A stretch of DNA of 64,000 bases from Bacteroidota bacterium. Its GTDB lineage: Bacteria > Bacteroidota > Bacteroidia > Bacteroidales > GCA-2748055. The translations under genes were made by a program, and so were the position numbers. Where the stretch lies: positions 1,382 through 65,381 of the forward strand of contig JBDLIM010000011.1 in NCBI GenBank assembly GCA_039714915.1, written 5' to 3'. The first letter of the stretch is position 1, and every line of letters begins with the position of its first letter. The notes under the pieces are model-generated. The model saw only the letters and a program-made list of their open reading frames with translations, was not told the origin of the DNA and did no database searches. Shown here piece by piece: positions 55,101 through 64,000 of the stretch.

Positions 55101-56534
55101 TAGCTTCAGGATCAGGGAAGACGGAGCACTGATCCCGCTTGATTGGGAAAGTTCACCCACCTGGTAAGTCTTCCCCCGGTAAGTATATTCATAGGCCACA
55201 GCCAGGATCTCGTCGGTATTAAGGGCTGTGTTTAAGGAAATATACCCCAGTTTATCATTAAAGCTATACTCGCGTGGAGATAGCAGCCTGGCATTTTCAA
55301 TTTTCTCAAAATCAACTCCCAGGACCAGGCCGGCATCTTCCAGATCGCCCGTAACGTTTTTGATGTCCCTGATGCCGGAATAGGTGCTGGTCAGTTCCGC
55401 ATAGGCATCGTTGAGTTCATTCCTCGGATAATCGCCCGGTTTGGAGGGGTTCCGGTTAAATAAATCCGAACGGGGTTCATCTTCCCCCAGGTCATTTACT
55501 GCCACGATGTTCCTGGAATTCTCAAAATTGGTGGTTTTGTTGGTCACCCAGACTTCCATGCGGGTAATGGAGACCTCGGAAGTAATGATGGGCAGCCTGG
55601 CCAGGGCCCTGTTGTAGTTGTTACGAAAGTATTCCGAGAGGAAGAAGTGCTTGTTGGCATCGTAGTCATCCACCGTTACCGAATACTCCTGGAGCTGTGC
55701 ACCACCCTGCACATTTATCACCGAGGACTCGCCCCGCTGCTGGGAAAATACACTGGTCACCGTAAGTTTCCCAAACTGCAATTCAGTCTTCAGGCCAAAG
55801 AGGCTCTGACTCCCGCTGATCAGTGATCCGGGAAGGGGCAGATTCACATTACCAGCTTCAATCTTCTTGATAATTTCATCCTCTTTTCCGGAGTACTCCA
55901 GTTTTGTCTGATTTTCGAAATCGAAGGTGGCCTCCGTATTGTAACTAATATCCATGGCCATTTTGTCGCCTATGGAACCGGCCACATTCATGATGATCTT
56001 TTCATCGAAGGTGAATGAAGGCACGCTGCGGAGCCTTTCACTGATGTTGGGATTATCCTGCTTGGAGAGGTTGAAGCCAAAGATCAGCTCGGCACTACCC
56101 GAGGGAATGATATTGATCACGTTCGATCCGAACAACTTGTCAAATGCCTCGCCTCCCACCTGAATGGGAGGGATGAAGGACAACTGCTGTTCCAGGGTGG
56201 CGCCACTGGATTTAAGGCGCCAGTATTCATTAACCTGCTGCCGGAACTCATAGGTCCTGTACTCGTCGGTACTCATCAGGGTAGGCGGCCTGTAGTTCCA
56301 GCCCCCGATGGTCTCAGAGAAAACATATTGCTTGGTCAATGGATCATAGACCACATTTGAACTGATGTTGGAAGGATTCTGCAGGTAGAGGGGTGATTTA
56401 AATCCCGAACTTGAAAATGGATAGGAATCCTCGTCAGAAAACGGGTAATGTAAAGTGGTATCCTGGGCATTTGCGCTTAAAGCCAGCAGAAATCCAATGA
56501 CAATCAGGAATATATGCTTATACCGATGGTTCAC
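49167..56534 (-). CDS. sprA: T9SS outer-membrane translocon SprA/Sov
   Basis: 2455 aa. KLEYSGKEDEIIKKIEAGNV.LPL, YIDDFEGS and FKTIRFMRMF motifs. Flanked by ruvA and gcvH as in other Bacteroidota. Its GTG start overlaps the ruvA TAG stop (TAGTG). Confidence 0.95.
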   Translation of the reverse strand: MNHRYKHIFLIVIGFLLALSANAQDTTLHYPFSDEDSYPFSSSGFKSPLYLQNPSNISSNVVYDPLTKQYVFSETIGGWNYRPPTLMSTDEYRTYEFRQQVNEYWRLKSSGATLEQQLSFIPPIQVGGEAFDKLFGSNVINIIPSGSAELIFGFNLSKQDNPNISERLRSVPSFTFDEKIIMNVAGSIGDKMAMDISYNTEATFDFENQTKLEYSGKEDEIIKKIEAGNVNLPLPGSLISGSQSLFGLKTELQFGKLTVTSVFSQQRGESSVINVQGGAQLQEYSVTVDDYDANKHFFLSEYFRNNYNRALARLPIITSEVSITRMEVWVTNKTTNFENSRNIVAVNDLGEDEPRSDLFNRNPSKPGDYPRNELNDAYAELTSTYSGIRDIKNVTGDLEDAGLVLGVDFEKIENARLLSPREYSFNDKLGYISLNTALNTDEILAVAYEYTYRGKTYQVGELSQSSGISAPSSLILKLMKPTNFTPNSYTWGLMMKNVYALGAYQLSREEFQLDVLYRDDKTGNAVNYLPGGGLDKSILIRLLNMDNMNSQRDPYPDGIFDYMPGITINPSNGRVFFPLLEPFGSDLEQILRDSLDAEAADLAVEKYVYQELYDSTKTKAQQIAEKNKFLIAGEYSSSNSSEIMLNAMNVPQGSVKVTAGGRELIEGQDYTVDYMLGRVTIINQGIMESGTPIRISLENQSLFNFQTKTLVGTHLDYRVSDNFQLGATAMHLTERPLTQKVNIGDEPISNTIWGLNGSYNTESQLITTIVDKLPFLETKVPSSLTVVGEFAQLIPGHSKAIEKEGNAYIDDFEGSETSIDLKQFSSWKLASTPRGFFPEAEWNNDRRYGYGRAKLSWYHIDPLFLNNDSRTPEHIKANPDLQSSAYVYEVYEQDIFPNKENPNGIPTRISVLNMSYYPRERGPYNYDYLGIDENGFLTKPEERWGGVMREIYSSDFEQSNVEFIEFWLMDPFAEMPDHQGGQLYFNLGNVSEDVLKDSRKMFENGLPTSEVIEKVDTTVWGRIPLTQSLVQGFSGGDETRKFQDVGMDGLNLADERHFFSEQPDDYLNQIENLVNSGQLTRDARDQIFEDPSSDDYSYYRSSDHDGKQLDILSRYKNYNNHEGNSPSDIDNPESYPTSGTSLPDIEDINRDNTVSEGESYFVYRVDLNPRDMEVGRNNIIDKVVDRVTYENGKKTDVTWYQFRIPIYNYEGTVGDISDFKTIRFMRMFMTGFQDTTFLRFARLDLIRGEWRRYQLPFTQGGEAWTGEEPTEGALAISAVNIEENAGKEPVNYVLPPGFTRQIDPTQPQLRQLNEQSIVLKVYELADGDARAAYKNTELDIRQYKKIRMEAHAEAVPGDVLGQNELVAFIRLGTDYQDNYYEYEVPLKLTPPGRYDNDSESDRMIVWPEQNQFEVELNWFKEVKQARNRAMSDPESEVSVNSVFSTLDKKGNRISVSGNPNMSSIRTIMIGVRNPKAGDNPYGSDDGLPKTGEIWLNELRLTDFNEKGGWAANGRATLKLADFGNVTFAGNTSQPGFGSIEQKVQERQREQIIQYNVSSNLQMGKFFKQENGVNIPVFASYSKAIINPEYNPLDPDIPLKEAIDEAETKAERDSIIRNARDLVERKAFAVTNVRMNKAGTKKRFYSLSNWSASFSMNEMVSRNPNLDFYNTRKVRGNISYNFNTRPKNVQPFKSVKWMNSDWLGLVKDMNFNYSPSRISFRTDMDRYYLEKQVRNINNPGFIVEPTFKKDFMWNRFFDLKFDLTKNLRLDFSSTNMARIDEPGGRWKKGLDSYELYRDSLWSSILAGGRTTSYFHQFNASYTIPINKIPLLDWTSANVRYGGTYGWDVGPIIPDDPEFGPINLGNTIKNSNTIQLNGQLNFVNLYNKVGYLKEINDKYRNARTRARESEKRTKTKVFTRDNLYLREGRGRYISHNLKTENITVEVFDENGQAVEVLTEILSETRIRVTSENAIRNATVKVTGTIEKGQSPLIFIAESTVRILMSVRNFNVTYSKSGGTFLPGYVPGTDYFGTQNYNGELAPGFGFLSGWQDEYYAEDAFNKEWLSRDQNLNEPFSLNNTERFTARVNIEPFNGLKIDLTSNRMFTSTLSEYYTADRFGELPADTARGRVYSGNFSMSYISLRTAFEKIDDKVESSSSFSLLKEDYRKVISKRLADDYMDRTGTILEDSAGYYEGYGPTSQEVLIPAFLASYSDKDPNSVSLRAVKTIMEIMPNWQVRFDGLGKIEALQKYVNSIVMNHSYRSTYSVGSFISNPFYTFDTISGVPVAVDLQGNFMVEQNINTVSINENFSPLFDLNMDWKNSLTTRVEYRRSRTVAMNMANTQVNEVNSGEFIVGAGYRFSEVQMIINQKEFNSDLNVRVDLSMRNNRTVIRKLEDLSGSEITAGQRIFSVKASADYMLSDKFTIRAFYDQRLTTPYISNSYPNANYHAGFSMTFTL

Positions 56535-57115
56535 TACATAAACTTCAAGGCAGCCTTCACTACCTCCTCCACAGAAAGCTCGGGCTGCTCTGATAAAATT
56601 CGGGTCAGGATCTTCTCTACGGTTTTCTTTGGAAAACCCAATGCCACTAAAGCAGATAACGCTTCTTCACGGATGGTATTGTCCTTGGAAAAGAATAATT
56701 CATCAATTCCTGCACCTTTCCCGACTTTATCTTTCAGGTCTACAATGATCCGTTGGGCAGATTTGGCTCCGATTCCTTTTATTCCCTGCAATACTGCCAC
56801 ATTTCCAGCCAGAATGGACTGGGTGACCTCATCGGGTGACAGCGAGGACAGGATCAGGCGGGCTGTATTGGCTCCCACCCCCGAAACTGAGATAAGCAAC
56901 CTGAAAATCTCCCGCTCTTCCCTGCTGTTGAATCCATAAAACACCTGGGCATCCTCCCTGACCACGAAATGCAGATAGATACGCCCGCCAGGCTGACTGC
57001 TCACCTGGCTGTAGGTAAAAACTGAGATGTGAATATAAAAAGCAAGGTGTCCGGTGCTGACCACCAGATGGGCAGGAGATTTTTCTACAAATTCCCCCTC
57101 GATAAACTCATACAT
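56534..57115 (-). CDS. ruvA: Holliday junction branch migration protein RuvA
   Basis: VREDA..FYGF...ER..FR.LISVSGVG; GIKGIG.KSAQRI; EALSAL.ALGF. Confidence 0.95.
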   Translation of the reverse strand: MYEFIEGEFVEKSPAHLVVSTGHLAFYIHISVFTYSQVSSQPGGRIYLHFVVREDAQVFYGFNSREEREIFRLLISVSGVGANTARLILSSLSPDEVTQSILAGNVAVLQGIKGIGAKSAQRIIVDLKDKVGKGAGIDELFFSKDNTIREEALSALVALGFPKKTVEKILTRILSEQPELSVEEVVKAALKFM

Positions 57116-57159
57116 ACCAATCGGTTTTGGTATGCTAAGATAGTAAAATCAACAACTTT

Positions 57160-60141
57160 CTAGAGGGTTTTCTTCAACTCGGTCTCCTCATAGGCCTCGA
57201 CCATATCACCCACCTTGATGTCATTGAAATTCTCAATGTTAAGGCCGCATTCCAAACCGCTTACCACCTCCCTGGCATCGTCCTTAAAGCGCTTCAGCGA
57301 GCCCAGTCCACCACTGTAAACTACAATCCCTTCTCTGATTAAACGCACTTTGGCAGAACGTCTGATCTTTCCTTCCTTAACCATGCAACCGGCGATGGTA
57401 CCCACTTTTGTGATTTTGAAAGCTTCAAGTACTTCCAGGGTAGCTGTGATTTCTTCCCTGATCTCGGGCGAAAGCATTCCTTCCATGGCCGCTTTTACTT
57501 CTTCAATGGCATCGTAAATAATGGAATACAAACGGATGTCAATCTGCTCCTTCTCAGCCAGTTTTCTGGCGCTCATTGAAGGTCTCACCTGGAAACCAAT
57601 GACGATGGCATTGGATGCCGCAGCAAGAAGAATGTCCGATTCAGAGATCTGGCCAACCGCTTTGTGCTTAATGTTTACCTGGATCTCTTCCGTACTCAAT
57701 TTGATCAGGGAATCGGATAGTGCCTCAATGGATCCGTCCACATCTCCTTTCACGATCACATTCAGCTCCTGGAAGTTACCGATGGCTATCCGACGGCCAA
57801 TCTCATCCAGGGTAATGTGCTTGGTGGTACGCAGTTCCTGCTCACGCTGCAGTTGCTCACGCTTGTTGGCAATCTCCTTGGCTTCCTTATCGGTGTCCAT
57901 CACATTAAAGCTTTCACCTGCCTGGGGAGCCCCGTTTAAACCCAGGATCAGGGTTGGTGTGGATGGTCCTGCTTCCTTGATCTTCTTGCCCCTCTCGTTA
58001 AACATGGCCTTCACATGGCCATAGTACTGACCTGCCAGGACCACATCCCCAATGCTCAGGGTACCCGATTCTACCAGAATGGTGGCCACATTGCCGCGAC
58101 CCTTGTCCAGGGTTGATTCTATGATGGTACCCCGGGCTCCCTTGTGTGGATTGGCTTTGAGTTCAAGCAATTCAGCTTCAAGTAGTACCTTTTCAAGAAG
58201 TTCTTCAATATTCACATTCCCTTTGGCTGATATTTCCTGGGACTGGTACTTCCCACCCCAGTCCTCTACCATGTAGTTCATACTGGCCAGCGCCTCCTTT
58301 ATTTTCTCGGGGTTGGCCGCAGGCAGATCAATTTTATTAATGGCAAATACAATGGGTACTCCCGCTGCTGCAGCATGGTTGATGGCCTCCACGGTCTGGG
58401 GTTTAACACCGTCGTCAGCAGCAACCACAACGATGGCCACATCCGTAATCTGGGCTCCCCTGGCACGCATGGCTGTAAATGCTTCGTGTCCCGGTGTATC
58501 CAGGAAGGTTATCCTGCGTCCATCTTCCAGTTTCACTCCATAGGCTCCAATATGCTGAGTAATACCGCCGGCTTCTCCTGCCACCACATTGGCATGACGC
58601 ACCACATCCAGTAATTTGGTCTTTCCATGATCCACATGTCCCATAACTGTAACAATGGGAGGCCTGGGTTCCAGATCTGCCGGATCATCCTCTTCATCTT
58701 TGATGGACTCTACCAGATCCACACTTACAAACTCCACCTTGTAGGAGAATTCATCAGCCACCATTGCCATGGTTTCGGCATCCAGTCTCTGGTTAATGGA
58801 AACCAGCAGTCCGAGATTCATACATGTGGATATTACATCTGTTGCAGGTACATTCATCATGCTGGCCAGCTCATTCACGGAAACAAACTCGGTTACCTGC
58901 AGTACATTCTTTTGCTGTTCTGCCTGTTCTGTCTCTTCCTGCAATTTTGCCTGAACTGCATCACGTTTTTCCCGCCTGTACTTGGATGCTTTTGATTTGG
59001 TACCCTTACTTGTGAGCTTGGCCAGGGTATCCTTGATCTGTTTCTGCACATCCTCTTCATTCACTTCAGGTCTGGTCACACGCTTCCGCTTCTTGCCGCC
59101 TCCTTTTTCCCTCCTGGCAGCTCCCTTGTTCTGCTTATCAATATCTACAGGACCACTCTCTTTCTTAATGCGCTTTCTCTTCTTCTTTTGATCCAGCGAG
59201 AGATCTTTATCCTTGCTTGAGGCCACCGGTTTTTTCTTGGGCTCTTTCTTTTCCGGGAGATCGATCTTCCCAACCACGGTAGGACCGCTCAGTTTCTCCA
59301 CCCTGGTGGGGATCAGGTTCTGCTCCTCCTCTTTTGCAGCTGGAGTTTCACTCTCCTCTACCGGAGCTTCCTCCACGGGCACTTCCTCCACAGGTGCTTC
59401 CTCTGCAGCTTTATCTGCCGCGGAAGCTGCTGGCTCAAGGGCTGCTTCATCCCGGACCTCTACACCTGCATCTGACAATGCCTCTTCTTTAACTTTCTCT
59501 TCCGCGGTCTCCTTCTCTACTTTTGACTTTTTACTTTCGACTTTCGACTTCTTTTTTGGCCGGGTCTTCTGATTCATGGAATCCAGGTCAATTTTCCCGA
59601 CTACCTTTGGTCCGCCTTCAGTCGCAAGCTCCTCTTCCTTTTTCTTTTCTGCAGCTTTTGCTTTTGGTTTGGCAGCTTTGGGTGCAGGCTTCACTGTCTC
59701 AGCAGGTGCTTCTTCCTGGTCAACCGGAGCCTTGGCCTTTACAGCTGCAGGTTTTTTTGCAGCAGGTTTTTCTTTCTCTTCAGCAACAGGGGCTTTGGTT
59801 TCCGTCTTCGATGGCACGCTTTCGCTCACCCCGGCAGTCTTGTCAGTGATAAGTAGCTCCTCACTTTCTTCCACGTCAGCATTCGCCGGCACATCATCAA
59901 GGGTAAGGGACTCTTGTCTTTCCCTGAGATTTCTCAGGGTGAGCTTCTCTGACTCCTTCTTTACACTCAGATCGGTACTGTATTCCTCCAGCAGGAGATC
60001 ATACAACTCCGGATTCACCTTGGTGTTGGGATTAGAATCGATATCATGACCCTTCTTCCCCAGGAATTCAACAATGGTGGTAATCCCCACATTGAGTTCC
60101 CGCGCAGCCTTACTAAGTCTTGTTGCCTTTCTTTCAGCCAT
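57160..60141 (-). CDS. infB: Translation initiation factor IF-2
   Basis: [31 protein letters not shown] and NKID motifs. Long charged low-complexity N-terminal region. Confidence 0.98.
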   Translation of the reverse strand: MAERKATRLSKAARELNVGITTIVEFLGKKGHDIDSNPNTKVNPELYDLLLEEYSTDLSVKKESEKLTLRNLRERQESLTLDDVPANADVEESEELLITDKTAGVSESVPSKTETKAPVAEEKEKPAAKKPAAVKAKAPVDQEEAPAETVKPAPKAAKPKAKAAEKKKEEELATEGGPKVVGKIDLDSMNQKTRPKKKSKVESKKSKVEKETAEEKVKEEALSDAGVEVRDEAALEPAASAADKAAEEAPVEEVPVEEAPVEESETPAAKEEEQNLIPTRVEKLSGPTVVGKIDLPEKKEPKKKPVASSKDKDLSLDQKKKRKRIKKESGPVDIDKQNKGAARREKGGGKKRKRVTRPEVNEEDVQKQIKDTLAKLTSKGTKSKASKYRREKRDAVQAKLQEETEQAEQQKNVLQVTEFVSVNELASMMNVPATDVISTCMNLGLLVSINQRLDAETMAMVADEFSYKVEFVSVDLVESIKDEEDDPADLEPRPPIVTVMGHVDHGKTKLLDVVRHANVVAGEAGGITQHIGAYGVKLEDGRRITFLDTPGHEAFTAMRARGAQITDVAIVVVAADDGVKPQTVEAINHAAAAGVPIVFAINKIDLPAANPEKIKEALASMNYMVEDWGGKYQSQEISAKGNVNIEELLEKVLLEAELLELKANPHKGARGTIIESTLDKGRGNVATILVESGTLSIGDVVLAGQYYGHVKAMFNERGKKIKEAGPSTPTLILGLNGAPQAGESFNVMDTDKEAKEIANKREQLQREQELRTTKHITLDEIGRRIAIGNFQELNVIVKGDVDGSIEALSDSLIKLSTEEIQVNIKHKAVGQISESDILLAAASNAIVIGFQVRPSMSARKLAEKEQIDIRLYSIIYDAIEEVKAAMEGMLSPEIREEITATLEVLEAFKITKVGTIAGCMVKEGKIRRSAKVRLIREGIVVYSGGLGSLKRFKDDAREVVSGLECGLNIENFNDIKVGDMVEAYEETELKKTL

Positions 60142-60147
60142 ATGCTT

Positions 60148-61383
60148 CTATTCAAATTCTGCTTTTAGAACATTAACCAGTTCTGTAATGGTCTCCTCTT
60201 CCAGGTCTGTTCTTTTTACCAGGTCTTCCACACTCAGGTTAAGTACCGACTTTGCCGTATCGCATCCGATGGCTTTTAACTCATCCAGTACCCATCCTTC
60301 AATCTCATCGGCAAATTCTTCCAGATTCACATCTTCATCATCTTCATCAGATTCACGGTATACATCTATTTCGTAACCTGAAAGCTGACTGGCCAGTTTG
60401 ATGTTCAGTCCCCCCTTACCAATGGCCAGGGATACCTCTTTGGGCTGAAGGTAAACCTCTGCCCGCATCTCTTCATCGTTCAGTTTAATGGAAGTGATTT
60501 TGGCCGGACTCAGTGCTCTTGTAATGAACAGTTGTGTATTGTTGGTATAATTAATTACATCAATGTTTTCATTCTTTAGTTCTCTTACAATGCCATGAAT
60601 TCTGGAACCTTTCATACCCACACAAGCTCCGACCGGATCGATCCTTTCATCGTAAGACTCCACAGCTACCTTGGCCCTCTCGCCTGGTACCCTGACTATT
60701 TTCTTGATGGTGATCAGGCCATCAAAGATTTCCGGAACCTCCAGTTCGAAAAGACGCTCCAGGAATATGGGGGATGTTCTTGAAAGAATGATCAGGGGAT
60801 TTGCATTGCGCATATCCACCTTAACAACGACCGCCCTGATGGTATCCCCTTTGCGGAAATAATCTGACGGGATCTGCTCTGTTTTGGGCAGGATCAGTTC
60901 ATTGCCTTCATCATCCAGGATTAAAATTTCCCTCTTCCAGACCTGGTAAACCTCTCCGGTCACCACATCGCCAATGCGGTCCTTATACTTATTGTAGAGG
61001 TGGTTTTTCTCCAGCTCCATGATTCTGGCCGACAGGTTCTGCCTCAATGCCAGGATGGCACGCCTTCCAAAATCACCCAGCTTTACCTCGTCGGTCACAT
61101 CTTCACCCGCCTCATAGTCTTCATCAATTTTTTTGGCCTCACTCAAAATGATCTGAGTGGCCGCGTCTTCCAATTCATCATCCTCCACAACCTCGCGATT
61201 TCTCCAGATCTCAAAGTCACCCTTATCAATGTTGATAATGATATCGAAATTTTCATCTGTCCCGTACTTCTTCAGAAGCATGCCCCTGAACACATCTTCC
61301 AGTACACTCATCATGGTTACCCGGTCGATGTTCTTTAATTCCTTGAATTCGGAAAATGTCTCTATCAGATTTAGATTTTCCAT
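60148..61383 (-). CDS. nusA: Transcription termination/antitermination factor NusA
   Basis: S1 plus KH domains; RIDPVGACVGMKGSRI; SLAIGKGG.NIKLAS.L. Confidence 0.97.
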   Translation of the reverse strand: MENLNLIETFSEFKELKNIDRVTMMSVLEDVFRGMLLKKYGTDENFDIIINIDKGDFEIWRNREVVEDDELEDAATQIILSEAKKIDEDYEAGEDVTDEVKLGDFGRRAILALRQNLSARIMELEKNHLYNKYKDRIGDVVTGEVYQVWKREILILDDEGNELILPKTEQIPSDYFRKGDTIRAVVVKVDMRNANPLIILSRTSPIFLERLFELEVPEIFDGLITIKKIVRVPGERAKVAVESYDERIDPVGACVGMKGSRIHGIVRELKNENIDVINYTNNTQLFITRALSPAKITSIKLNDEEMRAEVYLQPKEVSLAIGKGGLNIKLASQLSGYEIDVYRESDEDDEDVNLEEFADEIEGWVLDELKAIGCDTAKSVLNLSVEDLVKRTDLEEETITELVNVLKAEFE

Positions 61384-61398
61384 TTTTATGCTATTGAA

Positions 61399-61824
61399 TC
61401 AATTAAATGATAATATTGCTTTCGCTGTTTTTATTTCTTCAAACTTAATCTCCAGTTCCCTGCCTTTTCCCTGCAGGATGACTCCTTCATCCGATACCGC
61501 ATCTAAAGTTCCGCTGGTCCTGGTTCCATCGGTAAACAGGATGTCTATAGGACGACCCATATTCTTCTCAAACTGTTGCTTCACCTTAAAAGGGCTGCCC
61601 AGTCCGGGTGAGGAAACCTCCAGTGAATAGTCCTCCACATCCCGGTCCATCTGGCCATTTAAATAACGACTGATCTGAACGCATTCATCAATTGAAATCC
61701 CATCGGGCCGGTCCACCTGAATGCGGATTGCATTCCCGGCTTTCACCTGCACATCCACCAGGAATATATCAGTCCCCTGGATATGTTGTTCTACCAAATC
61801 TGTAATCGTTTCGTTATTTATCAT
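61399..61824 (-). CDS. rimP: Ribosome maturation factor RimP
   Basis: DGISIDECVQISR and YSLEVSSPG. First gene of rimP-nusA-infB. Likely start MINNE at 61824. Confidence 0.93.
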   Translation of the reverse strand: MINNETITDLVEQHIQGTDIFLVDVQVKAGNAIRIQVDRPDGISIDECVQISRYLNGQMDRDVEDYSLEVSSPGLGSPFKVKQQFEKNMGRPIDILFTDGTRTSGTLDAVSDEGVILQGKGRELEIKFEEIKTAKAILSFN

Positions 61825-61834
61825 TTTTACAGGC

Positions 61835-61863
61835 AATAAAATAGGGGACCGACAAGCCCCCTA
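61835..61863 (-). terminator. Terminator-like leader hairpin upstream of rimP
   Basis: Minus strand UAGGGGGC-UUGUCG-GUCCCCUA (8 bp, one G.U) followed by UUUUAUU, located between the promoter and the start codon. Confidence 0.5.
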
Positions 61864-61888
61864 GAATCACACTCTCCTAACGACAGCG

Positions 61889-61919
61889 CAAAATTACAAA
61901 TAATCACTTAATTAACAAA
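61889..61919 (-). promoter_or_regulatory. Sigma-A promoter TTTG-N19-TAATTTTG for rimP-nusA-infB
   Basis: Both boxes match the Bacteroidota consensus: -33 at 61919-61916 and -7 at 61896-61889. Confidence 0.7.
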
Positions 61920-61995
61920 AAACGAGGTGTTTTTTAGCTGATACAAACCGGATTATGGCAATAAAAGCATAATTTTACGGCCACAAACCACCCAT

Positions 61996-63249
61996 ATGGG
62001 GAAAAATCCTTCCACCAATAAGTCGAAAATAATTAACGATCCGGTCTATGGATTCATCAAAATACCCTATGATATAATTTTCGATCTGATCGAAGATCCG
62101 CTTTTTCAGAGACTAAGGAGGATACGTCAGCTGGGTCTTACGAATTTTGTTTACCCCGGAGCCAACCACAGCCGCTTTCAGCATGCCATTGGTTCCATGC
62201 ACCTGATGGGACAGGCCATAGAAGTGATCCGATCCAAAGGACATGAGATCACCGACGAGGAGGCCAGGTCGGTGACCATTGCCATTCTATTGCATGACAT
62301 AGGGCACGGACCTTTTTCTCATTCCCTGGAACACAGCCTGATCCATGGTACTCCCCATGAAACCATCAGTCTGATGTACATGGAGCAGCTTAATGAAACC
62401 CATAAGGGAGAACTTACACTGGCCATCGACATCTTCAGAAACCGCTATCCAAAGAGATTCTTACATCAGCTGGTTTCCAGCCAGCTGGATATGGATCGAC
62501 TGGATTATCTCAAGCGGGATAGTTTCTTCACAGGGGTTACAGAAGGAGTGATCGGATCGGACCGGATTATCAAAATGCTGAATGTAAAGGATGACCAGCT
62601 GGTTGTGGATGAGAAAGGAATATATTCCATAGAAAAGTTTCTGATTGCCCGAAGACTAATGTACTGGCAGGTCTATTTGCACCGCACAGTGGTTAGTTCT
62701 GAACAATCGCTGGTAATGATGCTGCAGAGGGCTCAGGATCTGACTTCTTCAGGTGTCGATCTTTTTGCCACGCCCGCACTGCAATTCTTCCTTGAACCGG
62801 CAAAAGAGAAATTTGATCGCCGGAACCGGGCCCATTTCCTGGAACGCTTTGCCGCTCTGGATGACAATGATATTCTTACTTCAGCCAAGGTCTGGTGCAA
62901 CAATTCAGACCGTATTTTGTCCTTGCTTTCAGATGGTCTGGTGAACCGTTCCCTGCTTAAAGTGGAACTGAACGACGGATCTTTTAAGCAGGAAAGGGTG
63001 AATGTATTAAGAAAGAAGGTGGCAGAACATCTGAAAATTTCGGAGAAGGAAGCAGCCTACCTGGTGGTTTCAGACAGCGTGAGCAATTATGCATACAGTG
63101 ACATGGACGACAGAATCACCATTATGGATAAAAGAGGAAATACACGTGACATTGCCGAAGCATCGGATATTCTGAATATTTCAGTTCTTTCGCTTACCGT
63201 TCGGAAGCATTTTCTTTGCTATCCCCGTTTTATAAATGAATTAGATTAG
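61996..63249 (+). CDS. HD-domain phosphohydrolase (SAMHD1/dNTPase-like)
   Basis: [39 protein letters not shown] and [15 protein letters not shown] motifs. Confidence 0.92.
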   Translation: MGKNPSTNKSKIINDPVYGFIKIPYDIIFDLIEDPLFQRLRRIRQLGLTNFVYPGANHSRFQHAIGSMHLMGQAIEVIRSKGHEITDEEARSVTIAILLHDIGHGPFSHSLEHSLIHGTPHETISLMYMEQLNETHKGELTLAIDIFRNRYPKRFLHQLVSSQLDMDRLDYLKRDSFFTGVTEGVIGSDRIIKMLNVKDDQLVVDEKGIYSIEKFLIARRLMYWQVYLHRTVVSSEQSLVMMLQRAQDLTSSGVDLFATPALQFFLEPAKEKFDRRNRAHFLERFAALDDNDILTSAKVWCNNSDRILSLLSDGLVNRSLLKVELNDGSFKQERVNVLRKKVAEHLKISEKEAAYLVVSDSVSNYAYSDMDDRITIMDKRGNTRDIAEASDILNISVLSLTVRKHFLCYPRFINELD

Positions 63250-63259
63250 TTATCAAACC

Positions 63260-64000
63260 ATGACAACGATGAATTTTACTGCAGCAATGATTGCAGAATT
63301 TTTGAAAGGAAAGGTGGAAGGTAATCCTGAAACCATTGTGAGTGATGTGACAAAGATTGAGGAGGGGCGGAGCGGAACTCTCTCCTTTCTGGCCAATCCC
63401 AAATATGAAAAATACATTTACGATACCCAATCCAGCATTGTGATCGTAAATGAAGATTTCAGGCCTCAAAAGTCCATTTCTGCCACCCTGATCAGGGTAA
63501 AAAACGCCTATGAATCCTTTGCGGCTTTACTGAGACTTTATGAACAGAGCAAAGCAAAAAAGACAGGGGTCAGTAAAATGGCATCCATATCCTCTACCGC
63601 TACCTTGGGTAAAGAAGTCTATGTAGGGGATTTCACCGTGGTATCTGAAAATGTCACACTGGGCGATGAAGTGCAGCTTTACCCACAGGTTTATATCGGA
63701 GACAATGTATCCATCGGGGAGGGAAGCATCATACATCCAGGTGTAAAAATATATGAGGGTAGCGAAATCGGGGCCCATTGTGTAATCCATGCAGGCTCCA
63801 TTATCGGTGGTGATGGATTTGGATTTGCACCCAACCAGGAGAATAATTTTGAGAAAGTACCCCAGGTGGGGAAAGTGGTCATAGAGGACCATGTGGATGT
63901 AGGTGCCAATACAACCATCGACAGGGCCACCATGGGAGCCACCATTTTGCGCAAGGGGGTTAAACTGGATAACCTGATCATGATTGCACATAATGTGGAA
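63260..64000 (+). CDS. lpxD: UDP-3-O-acylglucosamine N-acyltransferase, 3'-truncated by the window edge; absent from the ORF track
   Basis: Hand translation [21 protein letters not shown]...[12 protein letters not shown]...; hexapeptide repeats; [10 protein letters not shown]...[24 protein letters not shown]....[13 protein letters not shown]. Start is 63260 or 63269. Confidence 0.95.
   Translation, partial: MTTMNFTAAMIAEFLKGKVEGNPETIVSDVTKIEEGRSGTLSFLANPKYEKYIYDTQSSIVIVNEDFRPQKSISATLIRVKNAYESFAALLRLYEQSKAKKTGVSKMASISSTATLGKEVYVGDFTVVSENVTLGDEVQLYPQVYIGDNVSIGEGSIIHPGVKIYEGSEIGAHCVIHAGSIIGGDGFGFAPNQENNFEKVPQVGKVVIEDHVDVGANTTIDRATMGATILRKGVKLDNLIMIAHNVE

Noticed and set aside
2069-63991. Numerous 60-340 aa ORFs in the track antisense to or out of frame with real genes (e.g. 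4319-4975, 12179-13207, 20774-21436, 25588-26385, 40595-41449, 51468-52169, 63527-63991)
   Set aside because: Each lies wholly within a gene with clear family motifs, has no recognisable motif of its own, and is the expected shadow of codon bias.
46154-64000. Adjacency of ruvA-sprA-gcvH and of the HD hydrolase with lpxD
   Set aside because: Familiar conserved Bacteroidota gene order, not novel.
1-64000. Search by eye for transposases, integrases, terminal inverted repeats, tRNA/rRNA, in-frame TGA recoding and programmed frameshifts
   Set aside because: None seen. All recognised genes are intact apart from the two truncated by the window edges. A tRNAscan or Infernal run would be needed to exclude small RNAs.

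Overview
A 64-kb chromosomal window from a Bacteroidota (Bacteroidales-like) genome. The assignment rests on sprA-gcvH and ruvA-sprA synteny, T9SS C-terminal domains, TAnnTTTG (-7) promoters and an HD-protein/lpxD pair. About 36 genes are densely packed. I found no tRNA, rRNA, CRISPR array, integrase or transposase. The right third is housekeeping (pepA, pdxA, gcvH, sprA, ruvA, infB, nusA, rimP, HD hydrolase, truncated lpxD). The left two thirds are accessory: carbohydrate and phosphoester enzymes, a class III aminotransferase/APC permease unit, two giant divergent T9SS cargo proteins each followed by a membrane TPR protein of the same family, and a SiaA/SiaB/SiaC-like module with no SiaD next to an unusual TerB/FHA-like ABC protein. 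The best non-obvious signal is at 9805-10042 on the minus strand: a promoter, an unannotated 18-codon leader ORF, and mutually exclusive terminator/antiterminator hairpins upstream of a TPR protein with a Lys-rich tail, which looks like a translation-coupled attenuator. All family assignments come from motif recognition by eye. No database search or folding calculation was run.
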